This document shows positions 45,833 to 57,601 of a stretch of DNA of 64,000 nt, piece after piece. A model generated the notes under the pieces. It saw only the letters and a program-made list of their open reading frames with translations, had not been told where the DNA came from and did not search any database. The stretch is from the human T2T-CHM13v2.0 reference genome, Homo sapiens. The position numbers and the translations under genes were made by a program. Numbering within the stretch: position 1 is the stretch's first letter; each line of letters opens with the position of its first letter. Location of the stretch: the NCBI RefSeq assembly GCF_009914755.1, contig NC_060932.1; one strand, written 5' to 3'.

Positions 45833-46254
45833 TGCTAGGGTTTGGGTGTTTGTACCCTCCAAAACTCATGTTGAAACTTAATCCTCAATATGGAAGTATT
45901 GAGAGGTGAGGTCATTAAGAAGTGATTGGGTCATGAAGGCTCTGCCCTCATGAATGAATTAATACATACATTAATCAATGGATTAATGGATTAATGAGTT
46001 ATTTTGGGAATTGGACTGGTGTATTTATAAAAAGAGGAAGAGAGACCTGAGCTAGCATGCTCAGCTCCTGTGCCATGTAATGCACTTGGCCATCTTGGCA
46101 CTCTGCAGAGTACACCTCACTAGCACAAATACCTTCAGCAGATGTGGTCCCTTGACCTTGGACTTCTCAGCTTCCAAAGAAATGAATCCCTTTTCTTTAT
46201 AAATTACCCAGTTTCAGGTGTTTGATTATAAGCAACAGAAGATGGACTATAACA
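45833..46254 (+). mobile_element. MaLR solo LTR (MST-type)
   Basis: TGCTAGGGTTTGGGTGTTTGTACCCTCCAAAACTCATG ... GATGGACTATAACA. Confidence 0.88.
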
Positions 46255-47438
46255 GCACTCTCATCTAAAACCAATTGATCATAGATGTATAGGTTTATTT
46301 CTGGACTTACAATTATAATCCACTAATATATATTTATCTTTATGTCAGTTCCACACTGTCTTGATTATTGTAGCTTTGTAGTAGAATTTAAAATTGGGAA
46401 GTGTGAGTTCTCTAACTTTGTCCCTTTTTTTTTCAAGATTTCTTTGCCTGTTTTGGAACTCCTATAATTTCGTAGAATTTTAGGATCAGCTCTCCATTTC
46501 TGTCAAAAAGTCAGTTGAAGTTTTGATAGTGAGTGCATTGAATCACTAAGTCAATTTGGGAGTAGCTTAACAATTTAAGTCTTCAAATCCATGAACACAG
46601 GATATCTATCCATTTACTAAAATAAAAGCAGAGATATTTAATTTCTTTCAATGAAGTTTTGTAATTCTTAGTGTACAGTTTTTGTGCATCTTATGTTAAA
46701 TGACAACTTTGTGTTTTATTTTTGTTTGATGCCTTTATAAATGAATTTGTCTCCTTAAATTCACTTTTAGGTTGTTCATTGCCAGTGTGTTGAAATACTA
46801 CTTATTTTTGCATACTGGCCTTGTATTCTTCAACTTTGCTGAACTCATTTATTAGTTCTAACAGGTTTTTATTAGTATTTTAGGATTTTTACAGTTAAGA
46901 TCATGCCATCTACCTATAGAGATAGTTTTATTCCTTCCCTCTCAATCTGGATCCCTTTTATTTCTTTCTCTTGCCTAATTACCTTGGCTAGGATTTCCAG
47001 TACAATGTTGACTAGAAGTGGTGAGAATTAGCATCCTTCTCTTACTTCTTACCTTAGGCAGAAAGCTTTCAGTCTTTCACCATTAATTTTGATGTTAGCT
47101 ATAGGTTTTTCATATGACCTTTATTAGATTGAGAAAGTTCTGTTTTCCTAGTTTGTTGAATGCTTTTATAATGAAGAGTTGATGGATTTTTTCAAATGAT
47201 TTTTCTTTGTTGATATGATCATGAGTGTGTGTAGTTTTAAACTGTCATTCTATTAATATGGTGCATTATATTGGCTGATTTTTGAATGTTGAACCAACCT
47301 TTATTCCTGGAATAAGTCCTACTTATTCCAGGTGTCTTATATGGTGTCTACTCCTTTTTATTTTGTTTGTTTGATTGGCTAGTATTTTGTTAAGGATTTT
47401 TGTGTCTATATTCGTACGATATAATTGCTTGTAGTCTT

Positions 47439-47477
<39 letters not shown>

Positions 47478-47594
47478 TATATTTGTCTAATTTTGTTATC
47501 AGGATAATACTATCCTCACACAATAAACTAGAAAGTTTTGATTCTCTTCTGTTTTCTGGAAGAGTTTGTAAAGAATTAACGTTAATTATTCTTT

Positions 47595-48568
47595 TTGTTG
47601 TTGTTTATTATTATTTTTAATTTAACTTGTAAGTTCAGGGCAGGTTTGCTATATAGATAAACTTGTGTCATGGGGGTTTATTGTACAGATTATTTTGTCA
47701 TACTGGTATTAAGCTTAGTACCCATTAGTTATTTCTCCTGATCCTCTCCCTCCTCCCACCCTCCACCTTCTGATAGGCCCCAGTGTGTGTTTTTCTCCTC
47801 TATGTGTTCATAGGTTCTCATTATTTAGCTCCCACTTGTAAGTGAGAACATACGATATTTGGTTTTCTGTTCCTGTGTTAGTTTGATAAGAATAATGGCC
47901 TTCAGCTTCTTCCATGTTCCTGCAAAGGATAGGATCTCGCTTATAGCTGCATAGTACTCCGTGGTGTATATGTACCATATTTTCTTTATTTAGTCTACCA
48001 TTGATGGGTATTTAGGTTGATTCCATGTCTTTGCTATTGTGAATCATGCCACAATGAACATATGGACACATGTCCACACATGTCTTTATGATAGAAAAAT
48101 TTATATTCCTTTGGGTATATACCCAGTAATGGAATTGCTGGATCACATGGTAATTCTGTGTTTAGGTCTTTGAGGAATCACCACAACGTCTTCCATAATG
48201 GTTGAACTAATTTATACTCCCACCAACAGTGTATAAGTGTTCCTTTTTCTCCATAACCTTGTCAGCATCTGTTATTTTTTGACTTTTTAATAATAGTTAT
48301 TCTGACTGGTGTGAAGTGCTATCTCACTGTGGTTTTGATTTGCATTTCTCTAATGATCACTGATGTTGAGTTTTTTTTTCATACGGTTTTTGGCTGCATG
48401 TATATTTTCTTTTGAAAACTGTCTGTTCATGCCCTTTGCCCACTTTTTAATGGAGTTGTTTGTTTTGTTTCTTGCAAATTTGTTTAAGTTCCTTATAGAT
48501 GCTGGATGCATAATTTGCATCTGACAAAGGTCTAACTTTCTCCCATTCTGTAGGTTGTCTGTTCACTC
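47595..48568 (-). mobile_element. Short 5'-truncated older L1PA (PA13-16-like)
   Basis: GTAAGTTCAGGG...GTACAGATTATTTTGTCATACTGGTATTAAGC 3'UTR signature. Confidence 0.85.
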
Positions 48569-48682
48569 AACATTTGGTAGAAGTTATCAGTTAAGTCATT
48601 TGGTACTAGACCTTTCTTTGTGGAAAGTTTTTTGATTACTCACTCAATTTCTTTTCTTGTTATAGGTCTATTGAGATTTTGA

Positions 48683-48900
48683 TTTTTTTTTTTTTAGTTT
48701 TTGTTTCATGTTCAGGAGTACATGTGCAGGTTTTTTGACAGAAAATTGCATGTCACAGGGGTTTGGTGTACAGATTATTTTACCACACAGGTAATAAGCA
48801 TAGTACAAGAAGTAGTTTTTCAATCCTTACCATCCTCTGTCCCTCCACCTTCTACTAGGCTCTGGTGCCTGTTATTCCCTTCTCTTTGTTCATATGTACC
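48683..48900 (-). mobile_element. Very short L1P 3'-end insertion
   Basis: Poly-T then GTTCAGGAGTACATGTGCAGG; AGATTTTGA duplicated at ~48674 and 48901. Confidence 0.8.
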
Positions 48901-51900
48901 AGATTTTGAATTTTTTCTTGAGTCAATTTTGGTAATGTCTTCCTTTCTGGGCACTTTCCCATATTATCTAAGTTATCTAATTTGTTTCTTTACAATTGTT
49001 CATTGTTTTTCCTTATAATCTTTTATATTTGTGTATGTTCAGCAGTAACATTTCCTTTTTTCTTCATCATTTTAGTAATTTGAGTCTTCTTTCTTTTTGT
49101 CAATCTTGCTAAAGGTTGGTTTACTTTGTTTATTTTTTCACAGTACAAACTTTTGGCTTCATTGATTTTCTTTTTCGTTTGTTTTAATTAACTTCAGCTC
49201 TGTTTTTTATAGTTAGATTATTGACTTGAAATCTCTCTTTTGTAACTCTAATAATGTTACAAAATTTATTGACTAATTTGACATTTGTAAAGCATATCAC
49301 TGTAAGGTAAATTTAAAGAAATGTCAATAGAATACCAGCTTCATTTTAAAATTAAATACTGTATGTTACTTAAAAGAAAGAATGTTAGAGACACAGGACA
49401 TACTGCTAGGCCTAGCACATAGTAACCACTTAATACATATTTGTTGAATGAACACTTAAATTGTTCCTTCTCAACCCTAACATAACATATATTATGCCTT
49501 TAGGTTACAGGCTTAAGAAGACAAACATGACAGTGGCAGATATGTGTGTATTGACCCTTCCAGACTGTACTGGCCTTGTGAACAAAAAAAATTACCCTTC
49601 TGAAAGGTAATTGGAGACAGGATCCTGTGACCCCAGTTAGCACCTGCAGCATTAAACCTCCATTTATTGGGTTCAAATAGTGGTTGCTGGATTTTTAGGA
49701 GACCTCTGTCAAAATGCAAGGTGGGAAAGTTCACACATGAATCCCTTTTCAACTAACACTTCAGTCTGTTGTTTTATCAGTTAATGCTTCAGCAAGGATT
49801 TTAAAAAATGAGGTAACAGTCAGAGTGAGGGGTGTGCGCACACACACACATGCACATTTTAGGTGGAGAGGTAGTGTGGAGAGTAGAGGGTGTCACCTGG
49901 CTGAGAGTACCTGGGAAAGGACAGGCACATGAACAAGAAAAGCAGGAGGATACCAAGACAATTTTTACCTCCTCCGCACTTTAGCTTAGGTGTGGCCTTT
50001 CTTCTAAGTGCCCGCCTCTACTTGGATTTGCATGTGGATTCAACCTTTTGAACTGAATCATCTAATTTTTAAATTTTGATAAAAATATTCCTTCTTCTTC
50101 AACTCTTATCAGATATGATCCCAAAGCTACATATATAATCTTTAACTTTTAGCAGCCCTTGGTCTCATAGCTACAATAACTGCAGATTTTTTTTTTTCAC
50201 TTTTATTTTAGGTTCGGGGTACAATGTGCAGGTGTGTGAAATAGGTAGATTTTGTGTCATGGACATTTGGTGTGCAGATTATTTCATTGGCATAGTACCC
50301 AATAGGTAGTATTTCCATCTTCACTCCCCTAACCTCCACCCTCAATGAGGCCCTGGTGTCTGTTGTTCCCTTCTTTGTGTCCATGTGTAACCAGTGTTTA
50401 GCTCTCACTTATAAGTGAGAATATGTGGTATTTGGTTTTGTGTTTCTACATTAGTTTGCTTAGGACAATGATGTCCGGCTGTATCCATGTTGGTTCAAAG
50501 GATATGATTTTGTTCTTTTTTGTGGCTGCATAGTATTCCATGGTGTGTATGTACCATATTTCTTTATCCAGTCTATTATTGATGAGCATTTAGGTTGATT
50601 CCATGTCTTTGCTGTTGTGAATAGCACTGCAATGAACATATAAGTGCATGTGTCTTTATGGTAGAATGATTTATATTCCTTTGGATATATACTCAGTAAT
50701 GGGATTTCTGGGTTTGAATGGTAGTTCTGTTTTATGTTCTTTGAGAAATTGCCACACTGCTTTCCACAATGGCTGAACTGTTTACATTACTACCAGCAGT
50801 GTATAAGTGTTCCTTTTTTTTTCTGCAACCTTGCCTACATCTGTTATTTTTTTGACTTTTTAATAATATCCATTCTGACTGGTGTGAGGTAGTATCTCAT
50901 TGTGGTTTTGGTTTGCATTTCTCTGATGATTAGTGATGTTGAGCATGTTTTCATATGCTTGTTTGTCACATTTGCCTTCTTTTGAGAAGTGTCTCTTCAT
51001 GTCCTTGGCCCATTTTTTAATGAGGTAGTTTGGTTTTTGCTTGTTAAGTTTTTTATAGATTCTGGGTATTAGCCATTTGTTGGGTAAACAGTTTGCAAAT
51101 ATTTTCTCCAATTCTGTAGGTTGTCCGTTTACTGTGTTGGCAATTTCTTTTGCTCTGCAGAAGCTCCTCAGTTTAATCAGGTCCCATTTGTCAACTTTTG
51201 TTTTTGTTGCAATCGCTTTTGAGGTTTTTGTCATGGAATCTTTGCCAGGACCTATGTCTGGAATGGTATTTCCTAGGTCATCTTCCAGGGTTTGTATAAA
51301 AGTTTTACATTTACATCTACAATCCTTCTTGAGTTAATTTTTGTACATGGTGTAAGGAAGAGGTCCAGCTTCAATCTTTTGCACATGGCTAGCCAGTTAT
51401 CCTAGCAGCATTTATTGAATAGGGAGTCCTTTTCCCATTGCTTGTATTTGTTGACTTTGTTGAATATAAGATGGTTGTTGAGGTACAGCTTTATTTCTGA
51501 GTTCTCTATTTCTGTTCCACTGGTCTATGTGTCTGTTTTTGTACCAGTACCATGCTCTTTTGGTTACTGAAGCCTTGTAGTATAGTTTGAAGGCAGGTAA
51601 TGTAGTGTCTTCAGCTTTGCTATTTTTGCTTAGGATTGCCTTGGCTGTTCAAGCTTTTTTTTGGTCTCATATAAATTTTAAAATAGTTTTTTCATTTTCT
51701 GTAAAGAATGTTATTGGTAGTTTGATAGGAATAGCATTGAATCTGTAGGTTTCTTTAGGCAGTGTGGCCATTTTAACAATATTGATTCTTCCTATCCATG
51801 GGCATGGAATGCTTTTTTCATTTGTTTGGGTCAGCTTTGATTTCTCTGAGCAGTGTTTTGTAATTCTTATTGTAGAGATTTTTCACCTTTTTATTAGCTG

Positions 51901-51951
51901 TATTCCTAAGCATCTTATTCTTTTTGTGGCTATTGTGAATGAGATTGCATT

Positions 51952-52252
51952 TATTTATTTATTTTTTTTGAGACGGAGTCTCACTCTGTAGCCCAAGCTG
52001 GAGTGCTGCGGTGCGATCACGGATCACTGCAACCTCCACCACTGGGGCTCAAGTGATTCTCGTGCCTCAGCCTTCTGAGTAGCTGGGACTACTGGTGCGT
52101 GCCACCATGCCCAGCTAATTTTTTTGTATTTTAGTAGAGACAGGGTTTCACCATGTTGCCCAGGGTGGTCATGAACTCCTGAGCTCAGGAGATCTGCCCG
52201 CTTCAGCCTCCCAAAGTGCTGGAATTACAGGCATGAGCCACTGTGCGAGGCC
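51952..52252 (-). mobile_element. Alu (old S/J-type)
   Basis: Reverse Alu dimer; TSD GAGATTG(C/T)ATT. Confidence 0.93.
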
Positions 52253-53116
52253 GAGATTGTATTCTTGATTTGTCTCTCAGTTTGGTTGTTGTTGGTGTAT
52301 AGAAATGCTACTGATTTTTGTATATTGGTTTTGTATCCTGAGACTTTGCTGGAGTTGTTTATCAGCTTAAGGAGCTTTTGGGATGAGACTATGGGGTTTT
52401 CTAGATATAGGATCATGTCATCTGCAAATAGGGGTAGTTTGACTTCCTCTCTTTCTATTTGAATGCCTTTTATTTCTTTCTGTTTCCTGATTTCTGAGCC
52501 CAGAACTTCCAATACTATGTTGAATAGGAGTGGTGAAAGAGGACATCCTTGTCTTGAGCTGGTTTTCAAGGAGAATGTTTCCAGCTTTTCCCATTCAATA
52601 TGATGTTGGCTGTGGGTTTGTCAGAGATGGCTCTTACTATTTTAAGGTATGTTCCCTCAATACCTAATTTATTGAGAGTTTCTAACATGAAGGAATGTTT
52701 AATTTTATCAAAAGCCTTTTCTGCATCTATTGAGATAATCATATGGTTTCTGTCTTTAGTTCTGTTTATGTGATGAATCACATTTATTGATTTACATATG
52801 TTGAACCGACCTTGCATCCCAGGGATAAAGCCTACTTGAGCATCATTAATATGCTTTTTGATGTGCTGCTGGATTCAATTTGCTAGTATTTTGTTGAGGA
52901 TTTTTGCATCAATATTCATCAAGGATATTAGCCTAAAGTTTTCTTTTTTTTTGTTTTGTCTCTGCCAGGTTTGGTATCAGGATGATGCTGGCCTCATAAA
53001 ATGAGTTAGGGAGGAGTTGCTTTACCTCAGTTTTTTGGAATATTTTTAGGAGGAAAGGTAGCAGCTCTTTTTATACATCTGGTAGAATTTGGCTGTAAGT
53101 CCATCTGCTATGGGCA

Positions 53117-53406
53117 TTTATTTTTAGATAAAGTGTTGCTCTGTCACCCACGCTGGAGTGCAGTGGGGCGATTGTGGCTTACTGAAACCTTTGCCTCCTG
53201 GGCTCAAGTGATTCTATTGCCTCAGCCTCCCAAGTAGGTGGGATTACAGCCAACTGTCACCACGCCCAGCTAATTTTTGTATTTTTAGTAGAGATGGCAT
53301 TTCACCATGTTGGCCAGGCTTGTTTCAAACTCCTGACCTCAAGTGATCTGCCCGCCTCAGCCTCCCGAAGTGCTGGGATTACAGGTGTGAGCCACTGTGC
53401 CTGGCC
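53117..53406 (-). mobile_element. Alu (S/Jb-type)
   Basis: Reverse Alu dimer ending GTGCCTGGCC. Confidence 0.93.
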
Positions 53407-54516
53407 AGGTTCTGGGGTTTTTTGGTTGGTAAGCTTTTTATACTGATTTAACTTTGAAACTGATTATCAGTGTGTTCAGGGATTCAATTTCTTCCTGGTT
53501 CAGTCTTGGGAGGTCATATGTTTCCAGGAATATATCCATTTCTTCTAGGTTTTCTAGTTTGTGTGTATAGAGGTGTTCATACTAGACTCTGAGGTCTCTA
53601 AGGTTTTTTTTTTTTTTTTGTATTTCTCTGGTGTTCGTAGTAATATCTTTTTGTCATTTCTGATTTTTTAATTTGAATATTCTATTTTTTTAAAAAAATT
53701 AGTGTAGCTAGTGGTCTATCAATCTTATTTATGCTCTTTCAAGGAACCAACTCATGGATTCATTGATATTTCATATGGTTTTTCATGTCTCAGTTTGCTT
53801 CCATTCAACTCTGTCTTTTGCTACCTTTGGAGTTGGTTTCCTCTTGTTTTTCTAGTTCCTCTAGGTGTGGTGCTGGGTTGTTAATTTGAAGTTTTCATAA
53901 CTTTTTGATGTGAGTTTTTAGGACTATACACTTCCCTCCTAACACTAACACTGCTTTAGTTGTGTTCTAGAGATTCTGGTATGTTGTATCTTTGTTTTCA
54001 TTGGTTTCAAATAATTTGTTTCTGCCTTAACTTTATTGCTGCCCAAAAGTCATTCAGGAGCAGGTTGTTTAATTTCCATGTAATTTTTTGGTGTTGAGTG
54101 ATATTTTTAGCATTATTTTCTATTTTCATTGTGCTGTGATCTGAGAGTGTGTTTGGCACGGTTTCTTTTTTTAAAATTTGCTGAGAATTGTGTTATGGCT
54201 GATTGTGTGGTTGGTTTTAGAGTATGTTCCATATGCAGATGAGAAGAATGTGTATTCTGTTGTCTTTGGATGAAGTGTTCTGGAGATGTCTGTTAGGCCC
54301 ATTTGGTCATACATCAAGTTCAGATCTCAAATATCTTTGTTAGTTTTCTGGCTCAGTGATCTGTAATACTGTCAGTGGGGTGTGGAAGTCTCTCACTATT
54401 ATTCTGTGGTTATCTGAGTCTATTCATAGGTCTCTAAGAACATGCTTTATGAATCTGGGTGCTCTTGTGCTGGGTGCATATATATGTACAATAGTCAGAT
54501 CTTCTTATTGAATTGA

Positions 54517-54856
<340 letters not shown>

Positions 54857-56499
54857 CTTCTTTTCTTTTTCGATCATTGCTGGTTTAACATCTGTTTTGT
54901 CTGAAATTAGATTATCAACTCCTGCTTTTTTTCTGTTTTCTGTTTGTTTGGTAGATTTTTCTCTTTCCCTTTATTTTGAGCCTATAAGTGTCACTGCATG
55001 TGGAGTGGGTCTCCTGTAGACAGCATACAATTGGGTCTTGTTTCTTCATTCAACTTGCCACTCTATGCCTTTTAATTGGGGCATTTAGCCCATTTACATT
55101 CAAGGTTAATATTTATATGTGTGGGTTTGAACCTGTCATCATGTTATTAGCTGGTTATTATGCAGCCTTGATTGTATTGTTTTATTGTGTCTGCGTTCTT
55201 AAGTGTGTTTTTGTAGTAGCCAGTAATTGTCTTTTCTTTCCGTATTTAGCAGTCCCTCAAGGACCCTTAAGGACACATTGTAAGGCAAGTCTGGTGAAAT
55301 AAAATTCCCTTAGCATTTGCTTGTCTGAAAAGGATCTTATTTCTCCTTCACTTTTGAAGTTTAGTTTGGTTGGATAAGAAATTCTTGGTTAGAATTTATT
55401 TTATTTAAGAATGCTGACTTGAAGGGTTTCTGCTAAAGCTCTGCTGTTAGCCTGATGGGCTCCCTTGTAGGCAGCCTGCCCCTTCTTCCTAGTTGCCTTT
55501 AGCCATTTTTCTTTCATTTCAACTTTGGATAATCTGATGACAATGTGGCTTGGGGGTGGTCTCTTGTATAGTATCTCATAGGAGTTCTCTGCATTTCTTG
55601 GATTTGAATGTTGGCTTCCCTAGCGAAGTTGGGGAAATTTTCATCAATGATATCCTCAAATATGTTTTTCAAGTTGCTTGCTTTCTCTCCCTCTCTTTTA
55701 GGGTTGACAGTATGACATAGATTTGGTCTCTTTATGTAATCTCATATTTCTCAGAGGTTTTTTCATTTTCCTTTATTTTTTAAATTATTGTGACTGTTAT
55801 TTCAGAGAATTGGTCTTCAAACTTGGACATTCTTTCCTCAATTTGGTCATTTCTGCTGTTAATATTTGTGATTGTATTATGAAATTCATGAAGAGAATTT
55901 TTTTAGCTCAGTTCAGGTTGGCTCTTTCTTGAAATGGCCATTTAATTTTTTATCTCCTGTATCATTTTATTGTATTCCTTAGATTCCTTGGATTGGGTTT
56001 CAACTTTCTCCTAAGTGTTGATGACCTTCATTCCTATTCATATTCTAAATTCTACTTCTGACATTTCAGCCATTTCAGCCTGGTTAAGAATTATTGCTGG
56101 GGAACTAGTGCAATCATTTGGAGGTAAGAAGACACTGAGTTTTTGAGTTGCCAGAGTTTTTGCACTGGTTATTTCTCATCCGTGTGGGCTGATGATTTTT
56201 GAAGTTGCTGTCCTTTGGATGAGTTTTTTTGCTTTTATCTTTTTTGATTCCTTTAGAGGTTTGATTGTGGTATAAAGTGGCCTCAGTCAACTGGCTTCTA
56301 TTTTAGCCTGCTTCTGGGTCTTGGAGGAGCATCCTTTGATAGCTGTTTTTGTACCCATGTTTCTTTTGTTGGGTGTTCTGGAAGTTCTGCTCCCTCAGGC
56401 AGGGACTGCATTTTGTGGACAGGCTATATCCTTGCCAGGTCAGCCCTAATCTGGTGACCAAGTGCTTCCTGGTAGAACATGGGGTTGTGCCTGACTGCA

Positions 56500-56955
56500 G
56501 AATTCAGGCAGAAGTGGGACTGCTGGGCCAGAAGCTCTAAAAGGTGTTGCCCTCCTGGCAACCAGTGGCAGGGATAGGTGGGGTGATTCCCACCTTCTGG
56601 GTGTCTCCCAGGACAACAGGAGGCTGCACTCTTTGAGTTGCCATAGAAGCAGGTCTGCTCTATGGGCTACAAGCTCTAGCAAGCATTGCCTGCCTGGCTA
56701 CCAGTGGTGAGTGTGGGTGGGGTTGCCCTCCCTGCCATGCAGGTATATCCTGGGACATTAGGAGGCTGAGCCCTCTGGCTAAGTTCACACAGAAGCAGAA
56801 CTGCTGGTTCAGATGCTCTAGCAGTTGTCATCTGTCTGGCTGCAAGTGGTGGGGGTAGGCGGGGTCACCTGCCCTGCTGTTTGGGTATTTCCTGGGATAA
56901 CAGGAGGCTACGCCCTTCCACTGAGTTCACAGAGAAGTAAGACTGCTGGGTCAGG
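56500..56955. repeat. ~142-bp degenerate tandem repeat (~3.2 units) in an L1 5'UTR
   Basis: GGAGGCT recurs at 56619, 56761 and 56903; GCTCTA at 56534, 56673 and 56815. Confidence 0.85.
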
Positions 56956-57601
56956 CAATTTTATAGTTTTAAGTTTTACATTTATATCTATGGTCTATTT
57001 GGAGTTAACTTTTATATACAGTACAACTTATAGATTCAAATTCTTTTTTTCTATATTAACTTTCTATGCCTCAATTATTTTATGTGCAAAGTGGGATGAT
57101 CACTAAATTAAATAATAACATAGTACATGTAAAGCTTTTAGCATATACTGTTACATCACTGTTATTAGATAAAAACTGGGAAACAGGTTGGAAAATAGGA
57201 TACATTAAAGGCAGGTGGTAAGTGTGCTTTTCATGGATAACACAGGGCGAAAAAATTATGAAACATACTGTTGTCTCTAAAAAATGGTTTTATACTGAGT
57301 TTTTGTGTAGTTTTAAATCTAATATGTTTAATTGGATAGCAAATTTTGCTGGTATTGAAGCTAAATATAATGGGTAGTCAAATAATATGAATGAATATAA
57401 ATTTTTTGTTATCGTTTTTGTCTTTACTTCATGGACTCATTTTATTTTGCATATTTCACAGACTTTTGGATTGGTAAAATCAATTCTAGTTTATATAAAA
57501 GAAAAAGAGCATTACACATTCCTTGAAAGCTGTGGTGACCCTGGGGTCCCTGATTCATAATTGCTTCACCTTCTACACAAATGTTTAAGATACTGGCCAA
57601 T

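Larger units (their letters stand above)
45632..49250 (-). mobile_element. Old L1M ORF2 segment hosting an MST LTR, two L1P 3' fragments and a (TG)n repeat at ~47443-47476
   Basis: Continuous degenerate antisense ORF2 (GATCATGCCATCTACCTATAGAGATAG; ATCAGGATAATACT). Confidence 0.75.
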
